The notes beneath the pieces are model-generated. The model was not told the origin of the DNA. It did no database searches and worked only from the letters and a program-made list of their open reading frames with translations. The position numbers and the translations under genes were made by a program. Of a stretch of 64,000 nt of DNA, positions 9,446 to 19,595 are shown in pieces. This DNA is from a virus, in the IMG/VR virus record IMGVR_UViG_3300030085_004215, positions 1 to 64,000 of that record; one strand, 5' to 3'. How positions within the stretch are numbered: position 1 is the stretch's first letter; every line of letters begins with the position of its first letter.

Positions 9446-10278
9446 TTTTCAAACCTCACATTAATATCATCATAATCCACTCTGTATAATCCAAGTAATT
9501 TATCAACTGCTTGTGGATTAGTTTTCATAACTTCTTGTGCCATAACACCTTTATATCTTTGTGTACCCCATATATATCTGAATTCATATGTGTTAAATCC
9601 ATTTTCTATACCAACTGGTACGATATCTCGTTTTAATCTTTCATCACTAAATATTTTCTTTAGTGCTTTACCGACTTTTTTAACTGTTTTCTTTACTGCT
9701 TTTACTGTACCACTTGGTTTTATTCTATCTAAAACCTTTTTACCAAGACTTTTTTTCTTGGGCGGTTTTGCATCTTGTGCTGCTTGGTCGGTTAAATCTG
9801 CTATAGTTTTATTCAATCTATTTATAGTATCGGTAAGACTTTGGTTCAATTCTTCCGTTGCGGCTTCTTGTTCTGCCAATGCTTCTTGTAACACTACTGT
9901 ATCTGCTTCATCAATACCTTCAGCTTCTAATTCATCGTCTATATCATCTACCTCGTTTGGAAATATTTCTAAAAATTGTAAATCATTACCAAACTTTTTT
10001 ATTACTAATTCTTGAGTACTCACTCTTTGATTTACAAGTAAACGAACATTTTGATGTGGTGCATCAATAGAATTCCCTAAATTATCTGGATCTTCAAATG
10101 ATTGTAAAACACCCTCACCATTTCTGATAGGAGTTACTGCATCTAATGCAGAACCACTAATTTGCATTCGTTTAAATGCATCTTCTGCAAGTTCTTTTTG
10201 GCGTTGTTTATCACCATCATTTACATTAGTGTAAAATTGATTGTTTTTAGATTTTAACTGTTCTGCAGTGTACGGCAT
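9436..10278 (-). CDS. Coiled-coil protein with C-terminal peptidase S74-type intramolecular chaperone domain
   Basis: FSDERLKRDI...YEFRY...GVMAQEV...P.AV...VDY motif, preceded by a Lys-rich amphipathic helix. Confidence 0.75.
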   Translation of the reverse strand: MPYTAEQLKSKNNQFYTNVNDGDKQRQKELAEDAFKRMQISGSALDAVTPIRNGEGVLQSFEDPDNLGNSIDAPHQNVRLLVNQRVSTQELVIKKFGNDLQFLEIFPNEVDDIDDELEAEGIDEADTVVLQEALAEQEAATEELNQSLTDTINRLNKTIADLTDQAAQDAKPPKKKSLGKKVLDRIKPSGTVKAVKKTVKKVGKALKKIFSDERLKRDIVPVGIENGFNTYEFRYIWGTQRYKGVMAQEVMKTNPQAVDKLLGLYRVDYDDINVRFEKCQ

Positions 10279-10279
10279 T

Positions 10280-11458
10280 TTATCTCACTACTTTAAATAT
10301 ATAATCATCATCATATATCATTGATGTTTGGTCAACACCACTTCCACTAACCACTTTAATTTCAAATCTATAAAATCTTTCTGGTTGAAAACTATTTAAC
10401 CAAACATTCATATAATTACCAGATGAATCACAACTTACAATTGAACCAGTACCAAATGGTATAATAACATCTTCGGTATATGCATCTTTAATAGAGTAAT
10501 ATGTACCATGTTCGAGTTCAACACTTCCACTTGGTAGATATTTTACTGTCAATGCTGCTGGTGTAGTATCAAAAGTTCTTGCAGGATATAATTCTCTACC
10601 TGCAAATCTAAATTTAACTTTAGAGTTTTCTTTGTACTCCTCTTTCATATTTTTAAAGTAAATAGTTAATCTATCTAAATCCGTAGGACTTAGTGCACTC
10701 AAACTACCAGTATTCCAACTTGAATCATCCCATTCAACTTCTAATTTAGGTGGAAATATAGTGTGTGTTTCTCTTGAGAAAAATAACAAATCACCAAGTG
10801 GTGTAGTATTATGTTCATCAGAACCTGTAGCAGTTGTTGGGTCATAAACACAAAATTCACTACCAGTAGTAGGTATATTTTCTCGTTTTAAGATAAATCC
10901 ATTATTAGGAAATATTGAACTTGAATAGATTTGATTTTTAACTAAATCAGTTACATCCATTCTTATGTCTGTAGTTTCGTAACTTAAATTAAAAGATGCC
11001 GATACATTATATTGACTATCTAAACTACTCGTGTACCATGTACCACCTATAGTATCACTTCCACTTACCCATTGTGTTTTTGTAGTAGCATTATCACGAT
11101 ACTTCCAACTAGCACCATTATCAATAGCTGGATTTGCATCTAACCTACCAGTTCCAGCACCCCAACTACCACTTACTATGTAGGCATGTAAAGATTGTGT
11201 TACTGCCAACTCATGTGAACCAGCATCATATAAATTTAAATAGTACTTAGCAGTACTTGGTATCAAACCACTTTGTATGGAAGATGAGATGTAACTATAA
11301 TCAAATTTAATAATTGCTCTTGAAACTGCAACTGTAGTTCCTGCAGTATTTACAAATTTTCTAATTTCAAGTATTTCATCAAGTGCTGTGTTTATTGAGG
11401 AAGATACATTTCCCTCATATAATGTTGTATCAGCAGTTGGGTATTCAAAATAATACAT
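10280..11458 (-). CDS. Virion structural protein (DNRLRE-like beta-rich domain)
   Basis: ADTTLYE...SRAIIKFD...NNGFILK...FFSRE...PKLEV pattern; located in the baseplate module. Confidence 0.5.
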   Translation of the reverse strand: MYYFEYPTADTTLYEGNVSSSINTALDEILEIRKFVNTAGTTVAVSRAIIKFDYSYISSSIQSGLIPSTAKYYLNLYDAGSHELAVTQSLHAYIVSGSWGAGTGRLDANPAIDNGASWKYRDNATTKTQWVSGSDTIGGTWYTSSLDSQYNVSASFNLSYETTDIRMDVTDLVKNQIYSSSIFPNNGFILKRENIPTTGSEFCVYDPTTATGSDEHNTTPLGDLLFFSRETHTIFPPKLEVEWDDSSWNTGSLSALSPTDLDRLTIYFKNMKEEYKENSKVKFRFAGRELYPARTFDTTPAALTVKYLPSGSVELEHGTYYSIKDAYTEDVIIPFGTGSIVSCDSSGNYMNVWLNSFQPERFYRFEIKVVSGSGVDQTSMIYDDDYIFKVVR

Positions 11459-13428
11459 TAAGAGTCTCCTACTACTCTACCTTGTATATCTGAAGCTGGA
11501 AACTTTAACTCAAATATACATGGGTCGAGTGATGGATAAACAATACCATCTTTGGTTGCAGTGTTTATATCATATACATTTCCACTATAACCATTACTAC
11601 TTCTGTACCTATTTTCAATCACAACCATTTGTTTACTTGGGTTATCATCTTCAGGTGGTACAATACTCTGAACACCATCGGTAAGAGATATTGCAAAAGA
11701 TATATCACTCAACACAATAGGTTGATTTATTTGCCACTTATCAATAATAAAGTGTTGTTTTACTTTATCAATACATTTTGCTAATACTTCTGGTTTATTA
11801 AAACCACTTTTTACAATTATAGAAAATCGAACTGCTATATTAACAATATATGCATCTTTAATATTTATTGCATCTGTAACTAAACGATACTGAGATAAGT
11901 ATATTCTTAAATTTTGTTTTACTGTTTCATTTAACAATGTTAATTTTTTAGTGGCATTAAACCCCAATACATAAAAATTCATTGCTAATGGATTTGGTAT
12001 TGGAGTTACATTTGGTTGTTTTACAATCCTACCCTCTCTAATAACAGTCTGTGTATTTTTTTCAAGTTGTTCATCTTGTATTATAAATACTTTTGCAATA
12101 GCACCATATTTTTGTGGTAATGAATATACACGAGTTACATAATCTTCTTTAGTAACTGCTCTATTTTGTGAATTAAAATATGCAATTGCGTTTAATCTAA
12201 CCTGTTCAGGTGATTCTGCTCCACCACCACCAACTGCAGGTTCAATATTATTTGCTACTAAAGATGCTCGTGTTGAATCGAGAGTATCTACATCTAACCC
12301 ATCATCATTTATTAAAAAATTTACATCACCAAGTTGTGTTATCTCACCACTTACCACATTATCTTCTATCTTACCACCATATGTATATGTTACATTTAAT
12401 GTAATGTTGCTTGGTGCAAGACCATATGTTTTAGTTTTTAAAAAATTACTTGGGTCAAAACTTGTATCAAGTTTAGATATACCAGTACCTAAAGATGAAC
12501 CTACATTATCTGGATTAGGAATCAATTCTTCATCAGCATTAGTACTAACACCAGCACCAAATCGTATTTCCGTTTTACCATCACTTCTAATATATGTTGT
12601 AAATCTACGAGCAGTTTTAACTAATTTAAGTAAAAATGGTGCACTTGTTTTGTTTGTAGACACATCAGGTGAGTTAGCAGCATTATTTTCTATATCATCA
12701 AATACTGTATCTTGTGCTAAAAAAGGAACTTGATACCATTTGTTACCATCATCATCAATACATGAAGTAATTTCAATAACATTTTTTTCGTTTAAAATTA
12801 TTTTATCAAACTTTTTTGCTGCACCAAATGTAAATGTATCAGTTCTTACTTCACCACTCTCAACCATAGCATTTTTATATAATGTATATTCTGTTGGGTC
12901 ATCACCACTAACACTACTTATTACTTCAGTTCGAGGGTCAAGACTTGATGAAAAAGCAAAATTTAAATCATCCATTAATCTAAATTGAGTACCTGAATTT
13001 GATAAAAGAGTACTATTTGCTCTTATAATTGGTGCATAATCTAAATCTGGTCGATAAGTTTCATTAACTTCTTCTGCAGGAACTGTAATACCAAATTCAA
13101 CTTTTGCAGTTGCAGGACTTGATAATTTTGGTTTATATCCAAATGATTGTGCAATCTTAAAAATGTTTTTCTTTTCTTCTGCAGAATGTAATAATGCTTC
13201 ACGATATTGATTATCAATGTAATATGATAATACATCTCCTACATATGAAGCCATTTCAATAAACATCATTCCAGGTGACGCTTCATTAAAATCATTATAT
13301 GCACTTGGATAGTAAGTTTTTGCAAACTCAATTAAATTTTGTCTGATGGATGGAAAATCTCTACCTATATAGGTAACTTCTTTTTTTTCTTTTTTTATAT
13401 TTGTTCCATATTCTACATCTGATGGCAT
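11458..13428 (-). CDS. Baseplate wedge subunit (T4 gp6 / gpJ-like)
   Basis: RDFPSIRQNLI...YNDFNEASPG...SYVGDVLSYYID and GGGAES...QNRAVTKEDY motifs. Confidence 0.85.
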   Translation of the reverse strand: MPSDVEYGTNIKKEKKEVTYIGRDFPSIRQNLIEFAKTYYPSAYNDFNEASPGMMFIEMASYVGDVLSYYIDNQYREALLHSAEEKKNIFKIAQSFGYKPKLSSPATAKVEFGITVPAEEVNETYRPDLDYAPIIRANSTLLSNSGTQFRLMDDLNFAFSSSLDPRTEVISSVSGDDPTEYTLYKNAMVESGEVRTDTFTFGAAKKFDKIILNEKNVIEITSCIDDDGNKWYQVPFLAQDTVFDDIENNAANSPDVSTNKTSAPFLLKLVKTARRFTTYIRSDGKTEIRFGAGVSTNADEELIPNPDNVGSSLGTGISKLDTSFDPSNFLKTKTYGLAPSNITLNVTYTYGGKIEDNVVSGEITQLGDVNFLINDDGLDVDTLDSTRASLVANNIEPAVGGGGAESPEQVRLNAIAYFNSQNRAVTKEDYVTRVYSLPQKYGAIAKVFIIQDEQLEKNTQTVIREGRIVKQPNVTPIPNPLAMNFYVLGFNATKKLTLLNETVKQNLRIYLSQYRLVTDAINIKDAYIVNIAVRFSIIVKSGFNKPEVLAKCIDKVKQHFIIDKWQINQPIVLSDISFAISLTDGVQSIVPPEDDNPSKQMVVIENRYRSSNGYSGNVYDINTATKDGIVYPSLDPCIFELKFPASDIQGRVVGDS

Positions 13429-13451
13429 TTTATCTCTCCTATTATAATGGA

Positions 13452-13970
13452 CTAAACTCCAGTCGTGGATGTTATTGTGACCGTTTCTATTGCTGTTGGG
13501 TCACTAACATCAACTGTAAAGGTTAATCTTACAATAATTCTGTTTTTATCAACTTCATCCATTACAGATTCAACCTCAATAAGCGTGATATAGGATAGTT
13601 GTTTACCTACTACTTCACGAATTTCTTCTTCTATTCTATTTGTTAAGTCTGGTGTTGCCTGTTCAAAAAGTAAATCAGTCAAATTACTACCAAAGTCAGG
13701 TAATCCTAGCCGTTCACCTTTTCTTGTTAATAACACATTTTTTAAATTTGATTTTGCTTGTTCTTTTAAGGTTCTAGCTCGAGGAAAAAAACCAGTAGCA
13801 CCAACTTCATATGTTAGTGGAAAGGTTAATCCAAAGAAAGATTTTTCATCTGCATTTAAATGATATATTGCAGGATTATCATACTCATCAGGATTTTCAG
13901 AAAATTCAATGAATCTTTGAATTTGTTCCTCGGTAGGATTATCAAAATCAAATAATATTGGGTCTGGCAC
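13452..13970 (-). CDS. Baseplate wedge / sheath initiator (gp25/gpW-like)
   Basis: NLKNVLLTRKGERLGLPDFGSNLTDLLFE motif. Confidence 0.85.
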   Translation of the reverse strand: MPDPILFDFDNPTEEQIQRFIEFSENPDEYDNPAIYHLNADEKSFFGLTFPLTYEVGATGFFPRARTLKEQAKSNLKNVLLTRKGERLGLPDFGSNLTDLLFEQATPDLTNRIEEEIREVVGKQLSYITLIEVESVMDEVDKNRIIVRLTFTVDVSDPTAIETVTITSTTGV

Positions 13971-13979
13971 TTACATTTC

Positions 13980-14468
13980 CTATTTCATTTTATCGTGTTT
14001 CATTAAATCACTATAATCGCGTGTTAAAGCGTTCATAACATCTTCTGGTATTTCATCGGTACTTTTACCCATTTCTTTAACAGTCTGTACTGCTCCTATT
14101 TCTCGTTGTACATTTTTATCACCACCAGCTCTTAAACTATTTCCATATCCTAAAAGTTCTGCAGCTCTTGAACTATCAAACGCTCCACCACCCATTGTTG
14201 GGTACTCATCCATTTCTTGAGAATTACTATTCAACCCAACTGTCTCATTTAATACTTCATTAAGTGCTGAATTTTTTGTGTATTCTACCATCTTTCTTTT
14301 CTTTTTAATCGGTTTTGGTTTTGATAACTTCTTAACTGGTTTTATACGATTCTTAAGAGAAGATTTTCCCTCGTTAATAAATATCTCATTAACTTGTTTT
14401 CGAACCTCTACTTCGACTGTTTTTTTTACTACTTCTCGTATTATCTTTACTAATTGTTTATTAGTCAT
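13980..14468 (-). CDS. Hypothetical phage protein
   Basis: 162-aa ORF with GGAGG SD, in the structural operon. Confidence 0.6.
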   Translation of the reverse strand: MTNKQLVKIIREVVKKTVEVEVRKQVNEIFINEGKSSLKNRIKPVKKLSKPKPIKKKRKMVEYTKNSALNEVLNETVGLNSNSQEMDEYPTMGGGAFDSSRAAELLGYGNSLRAGGDKNVQREIGAVQTVKEMGKSTDEIPEDVMNALTRDYSDLMKHDKMK

Positions 14469-14477
14469 GTTGACCTC

Positions 14478-14969
14478 CTAAAATACTTGAAACCCCATAC
14501 CCACTAATGGTGGTATTGGGGGTGTTGAAATGAATACTAATTGTGAATGATATGTTTCAAAAGCTGTGGTTAATTTATCTAAAAATTCATCTACACTTTG
14601 TGGTGCAATTGAAGCTGGTGTATCAATATATACTCCTGAAAATCCTGGTGTAGTTACAATTGGTGGTGCACCTGATGCTGCAACTGCACCAGCCCAATAA
14701 GAGGTTAAACCTAAATCAACTGCTCTACTCAATGGAAATCTACCATTACTTTTAAAACAAACTTTCATCATATTTGTTAAACCTGTTGGAAATAAAGACT
14801 TCATTGGAACTGGTGGCAATGGTGGTGCACCAACTGTATTTGCTTTAGTAAATCCAATTTTAATGGTGTTATCATATTCTTCACCAATTACTTCTGCCAT
14901 AGTTTCCCCACTTTCAAAGCCTTCATTATATCTTAACTTGTACCTAGCTTTAAATATACCAAACGCCAT
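14478..14969 (-). CDS. Hypothetical structural protein
   Basis: 163-aa Pro-rich ORF translationally coupled to the upstream gene. Confidence 0.55.
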   Translation of the reverse strand: MAFGIFKARYKLRYNEGFESGETMAEVIGEEYDNTIKIGFTKANTVGAPPLPPVPMKSLFPTGLTNMMKVCFKSNGRFPLSRAVDLGLTSYWAGAVAASGAPPIVTTPGFSGVYIDTPASIAPQSVDEFLDKLTTAFETYHSQLVFISTPPIPPLVGMGFQVF

Positions 14970-16171
14970 TATATCGTCTTATTTACACTAAGAATCCCAC
15001 CTTTACCAGATTCGATTCCTAAAATTTGTTTAATGTTTGATTGAAGTTTAATACCACCACTTGGATTTACTGCTACTGGACCTGTAGGTGCAATTAAACC
15101 CGTAGTGATTAACTTCATAATTTCTTCTAACAGAGTAATCAATTCTTCACCCAATACTAATGAAAATTTTGCATCAAATGCACCTAATTTTGTAACGGGT
15201 GTTTCAGTAACAACTTCTGCAACTGATGATAGTGATATATTATTGTTACTAAATAATCCGATATCTCCACTATTTTTTGTATTCAAAATAATTTTATCGG
15301 AGTTTATTAATACAGATTTACCATCATATGGTTCAGGAATTAATTTTGATACATGACCAGGTGTAAACTTTAATACTTGATTTGTAGTTAGATATACACT
15401 TGAACCATCTGTATCTAATTCTTCTTCGACAGGTTTTTTTGGGTCGTCTGCTGATAATCTTGTTTGTCCTACATTCAATAATATATTACCCGAGTTTTCT
15501 CCCTCGACACCAGTAACCTTTGTTATATCACTTCCTAATCGTATAGTATTTTCAAATCTTCCCTCTATTATTAAATCACCCTCATTTGGTAATAATCTAT
15601 TTGCAGGAGATTTTTGTGTTATATCTATACCCATTTCTTGACTTATATCATCATCATTAGAATATGAAAGTGTATCACTTAACGGATTACCCTTTTCATC
15701 AACCCCATCAGGTATCAATGTACCTTTAATATTACCACTACTAGCTCGATGCATTAAATTTTGTGATGGGTTTCCAAACAGATTTAAAGGACCAGGTGAT
15801 AGATAATAATATTCACCAAAATATTGTGTACCAATCAAAATCTCACCAATAGTGGGTATCATGTTTATATTTGGATTAAATGGTTTGAAATCAAAACATT
15901 CTGAAACATTTTGACCTGCTTGTGAGTGTACAAATCTAGCTCTAACTCCACCAATATAACTGAAATCTGTTTGACCATCTAAAGTTTTAGGAAATTCTGC
16001 AAACTCTGATACGATGTGTACTTCAAGAACTTCAATTGGTTCTAATTCAAAAAATAAAGAATCTCCATCAGAAATTTCATGGAGTAATTGCATCTGAGAT
16101 GTAGTAGTCTGCAGACGATTATTTATAGGACCAGTTTTATTGGTATTAGTTTTTTTTATTATTCTTGGCAT
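14969..16171 (-). CDS. Putative baseplate hub/spike protein (gp5/gpV-like)
   Basis: PTIGE OB-fold-like motif, EGDLIIEGRFENTIRLGS, short beta repeats, C-terminal LVLGEEL; upstream of the gp25-like gene. Confidence 0.5.
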   Translation of the reverse strand: MPRIIKKTNTNKTGPINNRLQTTTSQMQLLHEISDGDSLFFELEPIEVLEVHIVSEFAEFPKTLDGQTDFSYIGGVRARFVHSQAGQNVSECFDFKPFNPNINMIPTIGEILIGTQYFGEYYYLSPGPLNLFGNPSQNLMHRASSGNIKGTLIPDGVDEKGNPLSDTLSYSNDDDISQEMGIDITQKSPANRLLPNEGDLIIEGRFENTIRLGSDITKVTGVEGENSGNILLNVGQTRLSADDPKKPVEEELDTDGSSVYLTTNQVLKFTPGHVSKLIPEPYDGKSVLINSDKIILNTKNSGDIGLFSNNNISLSSVAEVVTETPVTKLGAFDAKFSLVLGEELITLLEEIMKLITTGLIAPTGPVAVNPSGGIKLQSNIKQILGIESGKGGILSVNKTI

Positions 16172-16548
16172 TAATTTAATTTAGCTGTAATGTTATCACT
16201 TTCATCTTGTAACTCTTCAACAGTACTATGAATATTATCCATTAATTGTTGTTTTTCTTTTTCAGTTAATCCAAACTCACCCTCAGATTCCCCTTTTACA
16301 GAACCTTGTGCTAATCGTTGTACGATTGTTGCAAGTTTAACTAACTGTTCATCATTCTTTACATTGATTTCTAAATACTCTTTCAACATAGGAATTATTT
16401 GAACTGCAGTATCACCATCTTTAATAAATGATGTTACCTCTTTCATTAACACTTCTAATTGTGTTTTATTTCGCTTTGAATTATCATATATATCTTTGAA
16501 TACATCTGATAGGGTTTTACCCTCAAAAATTTCATAATCTGCTGACAT
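16171..16548 (-). CDS. Hypothetical helical protein, first gene of the structural operon
   Basis: 125-aa ORF coupled to the next gene. Confidence 0.6.
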   Translation of the reverse strand: MSADYEIFEGKTLSDVFKDIYDNSKRNKTQLEVLMKEVTSFIKDGDTAVQIIPMLKEYLEINVKNDEQLVKLATIVQRLAQGSVKGESEGEFGLTEKEKQQLMDNIHSTVEELQDESDNITAKLN

Positions 16549-16704
16549 AATATACCTAAAGTGATTCTATAATAAATATAACACTTGTTAAAAATAACTT
16601 AATATATAAATATATATAAGAAAAGTTTATTTTATATATACAATAGTTATATAGGTCGGATAAATTCCGGCGTGTATTGATTAACTAACGGGAGAAAAAA
16701 CCAT

Positions 16705-16926
16705 ATGAAGGAAGTCATAACACTCGTCAAAGGATATATCGATGATATTGCTCATCTAATGCTATCCTTTGTTGCCATTGGAGCTATTGGAGAAGTAATT
16801 TTCGGTAGTGGAGTCTTTGGCGTAAATGTTATTGGTAACCTAACATCTATCATAAACACATTCGGCGAATCCGGTTTCGCTGGACTAGTCGCATTGTTGG
16901 TGTTGGTGGGTTTATTCCGTAAGTAG
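16705..16926 (+). CDS. Small membrane protein
   Basis: 73 aa, hydrophobic helices, GGAG SD, followed by a hairpin; one of only two convincing plus-strand genes. Confidence 0.7.
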   Translation: MKEVITLVKGYIDDIAHLMLSFVAIGAIGEVIFGSGVFGVNVIGNLTSIINTFGESGFAGLVALLVLVGLFRK

Positions 16927-16947
16927 TACTATATCGGAAAACACAAT

Positions 16948-16974
16948 AGGGGGAGTCTATCCGAGGCTCCCCCT
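16948..16974. terminator. Probable bidirectional intrinsic terminator
   Basis: AGGGGGAGTCT-ATCCG-AGGCTCCCCCT hairpin between convergent genes. Confidence 0.55.
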
Positions 16975-17790
16975 TATCAAATCCACAGTTTTTTGAGCAT
17001 TGAATCTTCCAGCTTTTGGCCAACCGTTTACAGCACCATCACTTTCACCTGGAGTTTTAATCCAAAGGTATGCATCACAATAATCTGAATTGGTTTTAGT
17101 AGTGGGCAATGGTCCAAGTTTCATGTTTGGAGGATTAAATGTTTCATCTACCTCATTACCATTACGAGAGGTATCAATCACATAACTACATCCAATGTTA
17201 TTTGCAATATAATCACCATAATTTATACATTTATCTGTAGTTACAAAATTACTTGTATTAAGACTAAATCCTTTTATAGATTCATTCATAAATATATTTA
17301 AATAATCTACTGCTTCCATCTTTTTTAACCAATATGGATGACCAATATCAAGATAAATCAAAGCATTTGATTGAGTTAATATTTTTAGTGATTCTATTAT
17401 AAGATATTTTCTATCCCTAAAATCTTGTGTACTCATGTTACTCATATGAGGAATTGCATCAGGTTCAAAAATTACTAAGGGTTGATAATCACCTATACCG
17501 TCTGTAACATTTCTTATATATTTTAGATAATCGTTTGGGTGTAATCCACCTTTAGAATGTCCACCCACATCCCTACCAGTAATCGAATATAAAACAATGG
17601 TAGGTTGTGTAGGAAACGCATGTTTACATAATCTATGTATTCTTGATGATAATCTCTTTATTGGTTTTTTTATATTCTTTTCTACATACCAAACTGCGTG
17701 AGGTTGAGATGTAATATAACCAAGTTCAGGATAATTTATTATGTTATGTTTTCTATAATTCCACGAATGTTGAAATAGTATCAAAACCAA
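16957..17790 (-). CDS. Glycoside hydrolase family 6 (endoglucanase-like)
   Basis: GH6 motifs GRD, IFEPDA, YLDIGH..WL, GFSLNTSNF, YVIDTSRNG, DAYLWIKTPGESDG. Confidence 0.85.
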   Translation of the reverse strand: MVLILFQHSWNYRKHNIINYPELGYITSQPHAVWYVEKNIKKPIKRLSSRIHRLCKHAFPTQPTIVLYSITGRDVGGHSKGGLHPNDYLKYIRNVTDGIGDYQPLVIFEPDAIPHMSNMSTQDFRDRKYLIIESLKILTQSNALIYLDIGHPYWLKKMEAVDYLNIFMNESIKGFSLNTSNFVTTDKCINYGDYIANNIGCSYVIDTSRNGNEVDETFNPPNMKLGPLPTTKTNSDYCDAYLWIKTPGESDGAVNGWPKAGRFNAQKTVDLIRGSLG

Positions 17791-18500
17791 CTACCAGTCA
17801 ATTTGGTATCTATTGAACCTGTACTAAGAAATCGTTTGTGTAGGTTTACATGATGTTTTTTCATCACATTAATCACACGAGTAATATGTTGTGTATTACT
17901 GCCAGTCATTTCTCTAATTAAAATGTACAAAGCTTTTTTGTTAAAGTTTTCAATGTTATGTCTCATATCAATCAATTCAACAACTGAATTAGCAACATCT
18001 AAATCTTTTTTTCTTTTGAAAACAGTAGTCATATTACTTTTCCAATATTGAGCTAGTGATTCAACATAATCAAATTTTTGAACTTTATTTTCACGAAATC
18101 TAGCTTCAGAGACAGGGTCTCGTTTGTAATCCGATGTTTCTTCAGAGGTGTGTTGTTTTAATCTTTTATAATTACCATTATTGTGAAGAATCAAATAATT
18201 CTTAGCAACAATACTAAAGTATGAGAATGCCTTTCCCTTACCCTCTGTAAATTTATGAATGTTCATATATAAAAAGGATACTACCTCGTGTTTTACATCT
18301 TCTGATGGGACATCAAAATAATAAAACTTAAATGTATGAATAATGTTTTCACACAACTTTTCAAACGGAACTCGTATATGTTCATTGTAAATCCGTTCTT
18401 TCATATAAGGTCTATCTTCTTTATTCAACCGAATAATCGCATTCTCAGTATCTTGGTTAAAATAATATCGTGGTGAACCTTTTTTTGCTTTTCTTGGCAT
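17781..18500 (-). CDS. Putative phage sigma-factor-like transcription protein
   Basis: EDVKHEVVSFLYMNIHKFTEGKGKAFSYFSIVAKNYL resembles sigma region 2. Confidence 0.5.
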   Translation of the reverse strand: MPRKAKKGSPRYYFNQDTENAIIRLNKEDRPYMKERIYNEHIRVPFEKLCENIIHTFKFYYFDVPSEDVKHEVVSFLYMNIHKFTEGKGKAFSYFSIVAKNYLILHNNGNYKRLKQHTSEETSDYKRDPVSEARFRENKVQKFDYVESLAQYWKSNMTTVFKRKKDLDVANSVVELIDMRHNIENFNKKALYILIREMTGSNTQHITRVINVMKKHHVNLHKRFLSTGSIDTKLTGSWF

Positions 18501-18751
18501 TATATATCCTTTTCTGTTATTTTTGTTAAATCATTTACGGTATCTTTGATACCCTCAAATACAGTACCGATTTCATCATCAGATTCGAACTTACCCTCTG
18601 AATCTAATTCATCGAGTATACTTTTAGTTTGTATTACTCTAGCAGAATATTCCTCAACCCAATCTTCTAATCTTTCTACTTTACGAAATAAATTAAAACT
18701 TGTATACATAAATGTTATTGTGGTTATTCCTAAAATTATTTCAATGACCAT
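18500..18751 (-). CDS. Small membrane-anchored protein
   Basis: N-terminal TM helix followed by a charged coil. Confidence 0.55.
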   Translation of the reverse strand: MVIEIILGITTITFMYTSFNLFRKVERLEDWVEEYSARVIQTKSILDELDSEGKFESDDEIGTVFEGIKDTVNDLTKITEKDI

Positions 18752-19524
18752 TATTTATCTCCAAATAGTTCAGTAAATAAATCTTTGGCATTTTCACCTC
18801 TAAGTTTAGTATCTACTTCAGTATTTACTGCTTTTTTAATATTAGTAACTGATTTAGCAACTCGTTTAGTTTCTTTTTTATCTCCACGAGTCCACTCATC
18901 TGCTTCTATAAAGGTTGCCATGACATCTGCTTGATGTAGAATACGAGCAATATTACTTCTAAGTGCAACCTCTTTGGAATATGTTTTTAAATACTTTTCA
19001 TTTGCTTGTTCATACAAACCATCTGTAAGTCTTAAACCAATATATTCATTTTCGGTCATTTTGATACCAAAATGTTGAAGTAACCAACATGCCCTATCCG
19101 TAACTGTCATGAATGTAGGTATAGGATTATGGTTATATATTTTACCTTGATTTTTTCTGTGCCAATCAGATTCATTAATTACATAATAATCATCTTCTAA
19201 ATCACCAACCTTACCTAAATCATGATGGAGTGCTGCAAAAATTAATTCCTCATCTGTAAAATTAATATCTGCACCATTTTGTTCCCATAATTTTTTTATT
19301 TGTTCTGAAAAATCAACAATATGTAATACATGCTCTACATAACCACCAACCATGGCATTATGATAATGTTCTCTACCACTTGCTGGTGCTACTACCATTC
19401 TATCCTCAAAATAATCATACATTGTATTTAACTTATCTAATCGTTCGCCTGAAAAGGTTTTACCGATTATATCTCTAAGTCTATTCCAATTATCTTGTAT
19501 TTGTTGTTCAGTAAGTTGTTTCAT
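18751..19524 (-). CDS. HD-domain phosphohydrolase
   Basis: APAS...HNA..GGYVEH, ALHHDLGK and LHQAD motifs. Confidence 0.8.
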   Translation of the reverse strand: MKQLTEQQIQDNWNRLRDIIGKTFSGERLDKLNTMYDYFEDRMVVAPASGREHYHNAMVGGYVEHVLHIVDFSEQIKKLWEQNGADINFTDEELIFAALHHDLGKVGDLEDDYYVINESDWHRKNQGKIYNHNPIPTFMTVTDRACWLLQHFGIKMTENEYIGLRLTDGLYEQANEKYLKTYSKEVALRSNIARILHQADVMATFIEADEWTRGDKKETKRVAKSVTNIKKAVNTEVDTKLRGENAKDLFTELFGDK

Positions 19525-19595
19525 AATGTTTGTATTTCTCCAATCTAAGATGTTATAATATATGGCTTTTTTACTATATAAGTCAAGTGTTTTTT

